Part shown: in pieces, positions 61,925 through 64,000 of the stretch
How positions within the stretch are numbered: position 1 is the first letter of the stretch
Layout: every line of letters begins with the position of its first letter
Assembly: GCF_046119375.1 (NCBI RefSeq)
Contig: NW_027362769.1
Location: 341,186,001 to 341,250,000 of the forward strand
Length of the DNA stretch: 64,000 nucleotides
Origin: Phyllobates terribilis
Taxonomy: Eukaryota
Direction: 5' to 3'
Notes under the pieces: generated by a model
Told to the model about the DNA's origin: nothing
What the model saw: the letters and a program-made list of their open reading frames with translations, nothing else
Databases searched by the model: none
Made by a program: the position numbers and the translations under genes

Positions 61925-63541
61925 CCCCCCACAACTTTTTTCTTCTTCTCCTTCCCTCTCCCTCCACACAACTTTTTCTTCTTCTTCCCTCTCCCCACAC
62001 AACCTTTCAACCTTTTTCTTCCCCCCCCCCCACACAACTTTCTTCTTCTTCCCCACACAACCTTTCAACCTTTTTCTTCTTCTCCCCCCCACACAACTTT
62101 CTTCTTCTTCGTCGTCTTCTTCGTCTCCTTCTTCTTCCCCACACAACTTTCTTCTTCTTTGTCGTCTTCTTCGTCTCCTTCTTCTTCCCCACACAACTTT
62201 CTTCTTCTTTGTCGTCTTCTTCGTCTCCTTCTTCTTCCCCACACAACTTTCTTCTTCTTTGTCGTCTTCTTCGTCTCCTTCTTCTTCCCCACACAACTGT
62301 CTTCGTCGTCTTCTTCCCCACACAACTGTCTTCGTCGTCTTCTTCCCCACACAACTGTCTTCGTCGTCTTCTTCCCCACACAACTGTCTTCGTCGTCTTC
62401 TTCCCCACACAACTGTCTTCGTCGTCTTCTTCCCCACACAACTGTCTTCGTCGTCTTCCCCACACAACTGTCTTCGTCGTCTTCCCCACACAACTGTCTT
62501 CGTCGTCTTCCCCACACAACTGTCTTCGTCGTCTTCCCCACACAACTGTCTTCGTCTTCTTCCCCACACAACTGTCTTCGTCTTCTTCCCCACACAACTT
62601 TCTTCGTCTTCTTCCCCACACAACTTTCTTCGTCTTCTTCCCCACACAACTTTCTTCGTCTTCTTCCCCACACAACTGTCTTCGTCTTCTTCCCCACACA
62701 ACTGTCTTCGTCTTCTTCCCCACACAACTGTCTTCGTCTTCTTCCCCACACAACTGTCTTCGTCTTCTTCCCCACACAACTGTCTTCGTCTTCTTCCCCA
62801 CACAACTGTCTTCGTCTTCTTCCCCACACAACTGTCTTCGTCTTCTTCCCCACACAACTGTCTTCGTCTTCTTCCCCACACAACTGTCTTCGTCTTCTTC
62901 CCCACACAACTGTCTTCGTCTTCTTCCCCACACAACTGTCTTCGTCTTCTTCCCCACACAACTGTCTTCGTCTTCTTCCCCACACAACTGTCTTCGTCTT
63001 CTTCCCCACACAACTGTCTTCGTCTTCTTCCCCACACAACTGTCTTCGTCTTCTTCCCCACACAACTTTCTTCGTCTTCTTCCCCACACAACTTTCTTTG
63101 TCTTCGTCTTCTTCCCCACACAACTTTCTTTGTCTTCGTCTTCTTCCCCACACAACTTTCTTTGTCTTCGTCTTCTTCCCCACACAACTTTCTTTGTCTT
63201 CGTCTTCTTCCCCACACAACTTTCTTTGTCTTCGTCTTCTTCCCCACACAACTTTCTTTGTCTTCGTCTTCTTCCCCACACAACTTTCTTTGTCTTCGTC
63301 TTCTTCCCCACACAACTTTCTTTGTCTTCGTCTTCTTCCCCACACAACTTTCTTTGTCTTCGTCTTCTTCCCCACACAACTTTCTTTGTCTTCGTCTTCT
63401 TCCCCACACAACTTTCTTTGTCTTCGTCTTCTTCCCCACACAACTTTCTTTGTCTTCGTCTTCTTCCCCACACAACTTTCTTTGTCTTCGTCTTCTTCCC
63501 CACACAACTTTCTTTGTCTTCGTCTTCTTCCCCACACAACT
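61925..63541. repeat. Pyrimidine-rich minisatellite, core CCCCACACAACT plus (CTT/CGT)n, units of 23-41 bp
   Basis: Direct reading. Blocks of about 41, 29, 23, 26 and 32-bp units occur in succession. Confidence 0.95.
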
Positions 63542-63748
63542 TTTTTTTATTTTTTTTGTAGGACGAGTTGACGTTTTAAATGACACCATTCATTTTATCA
63601 TATAATGCGCTAAAAAATTGGAAACATTTTAAAATGGTGAAAAAGCTTAATTCTGCCATTTGTGCTGTGTGGTAAAAATAATCTAGAAAATTGTGTGTGT
63701 ATATGTATAGTGTACATATTGGCGGTTAAAGTAAATCAGAACTTTAGC

Positions 63749-63782
<34 letters not shown>

Positions 63783-63974
63783 GGGTTAGTATTACTATTT
63801 TCTAAGAATTTATTATTTCCTAACCTTTGTTTTATTATTCCATGATCAGAGCAGTGTGATTAAGTTTTGGGCTTTTTTGCATGGCAGCCTGTCTGATTTT
63901 ATTGGTACCATTTTTTGTGGTAAATATAATGTTTTGAGGGAAGATACAGTCAATGAAAAAACCCCAGCAATTTT

Positions 63975-64000
63975 GGCATGTTGATTTTCTTTTTTCTCAG
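63975..64000 (+). other. Possible splice acceptor of DNAAF5 exon 8 at the window edge
   Basis: The window ends in TTTTCTTTTTTCTCAG. The exon itself is not visible. Confidence 0.35.

Noticed and set aside
4621-63541. CRISPR-like arrays
   Set aside because: The repeats are contiguous tandem units with no unique spacers, and the context is a vertebrate genome.
61802-63605. Six overlapping 490-595 aa ORFs (E/K/R-rich or F/S/P-rich)
   Set aside because: The minisatellite lacks stop triplets on both strands, and the peptides cycle through the three frames of one unit.

Overview
Vertebrate genomic DNA, most likely a frog (inferred from the T2/Kolobok-type TTAA MITEs, V-SINE, DIRS1 and Tc1 families present). 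Two genes lie head to head, as PRKAR1B and DNAAF5 do in human. PRKAR1B is on the minus strand (first coding exon 486-689; candidate non-coding first exon and CRE-bearing CpG island at about 25.3-25.75 kb). DNAAF5/HEATR2 is on the plus strand (exons 1-7 from 34313 to 61584, all splice phases consistent, RFX X-boxes just upstream). The putative first intron of PRKAR1B is mostly a 20.6-kb array of a 28-bp satellite with higher-order duplications and three full-length Tc1-like insertions: one DD38E element and an inverted pair of about 97-98% identical DD35E copies sharing the same inactivating lesions. A 5.35-kb array of 9-bp modules lies immediately on the other side of that promoter. DNAAF5 introns hold a decayed antisense actin-related (ACTRT-like) gene, a structurally complete but dead DIRS1 tyrosine-recombinase retrotransposon with an apparent spliceosomal intron in gag, a DD34E-type Tc1, two minisatellites and many MITEs. 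No clearly new system is demonstrated. The best leads are the inverted transposon pair in a transcribed intron, the nested ACTRT-like relic, the DIRS intron and the promoter squeezed between two tandem arrays. All identities come from reading the sequence by eye; no database search was run.
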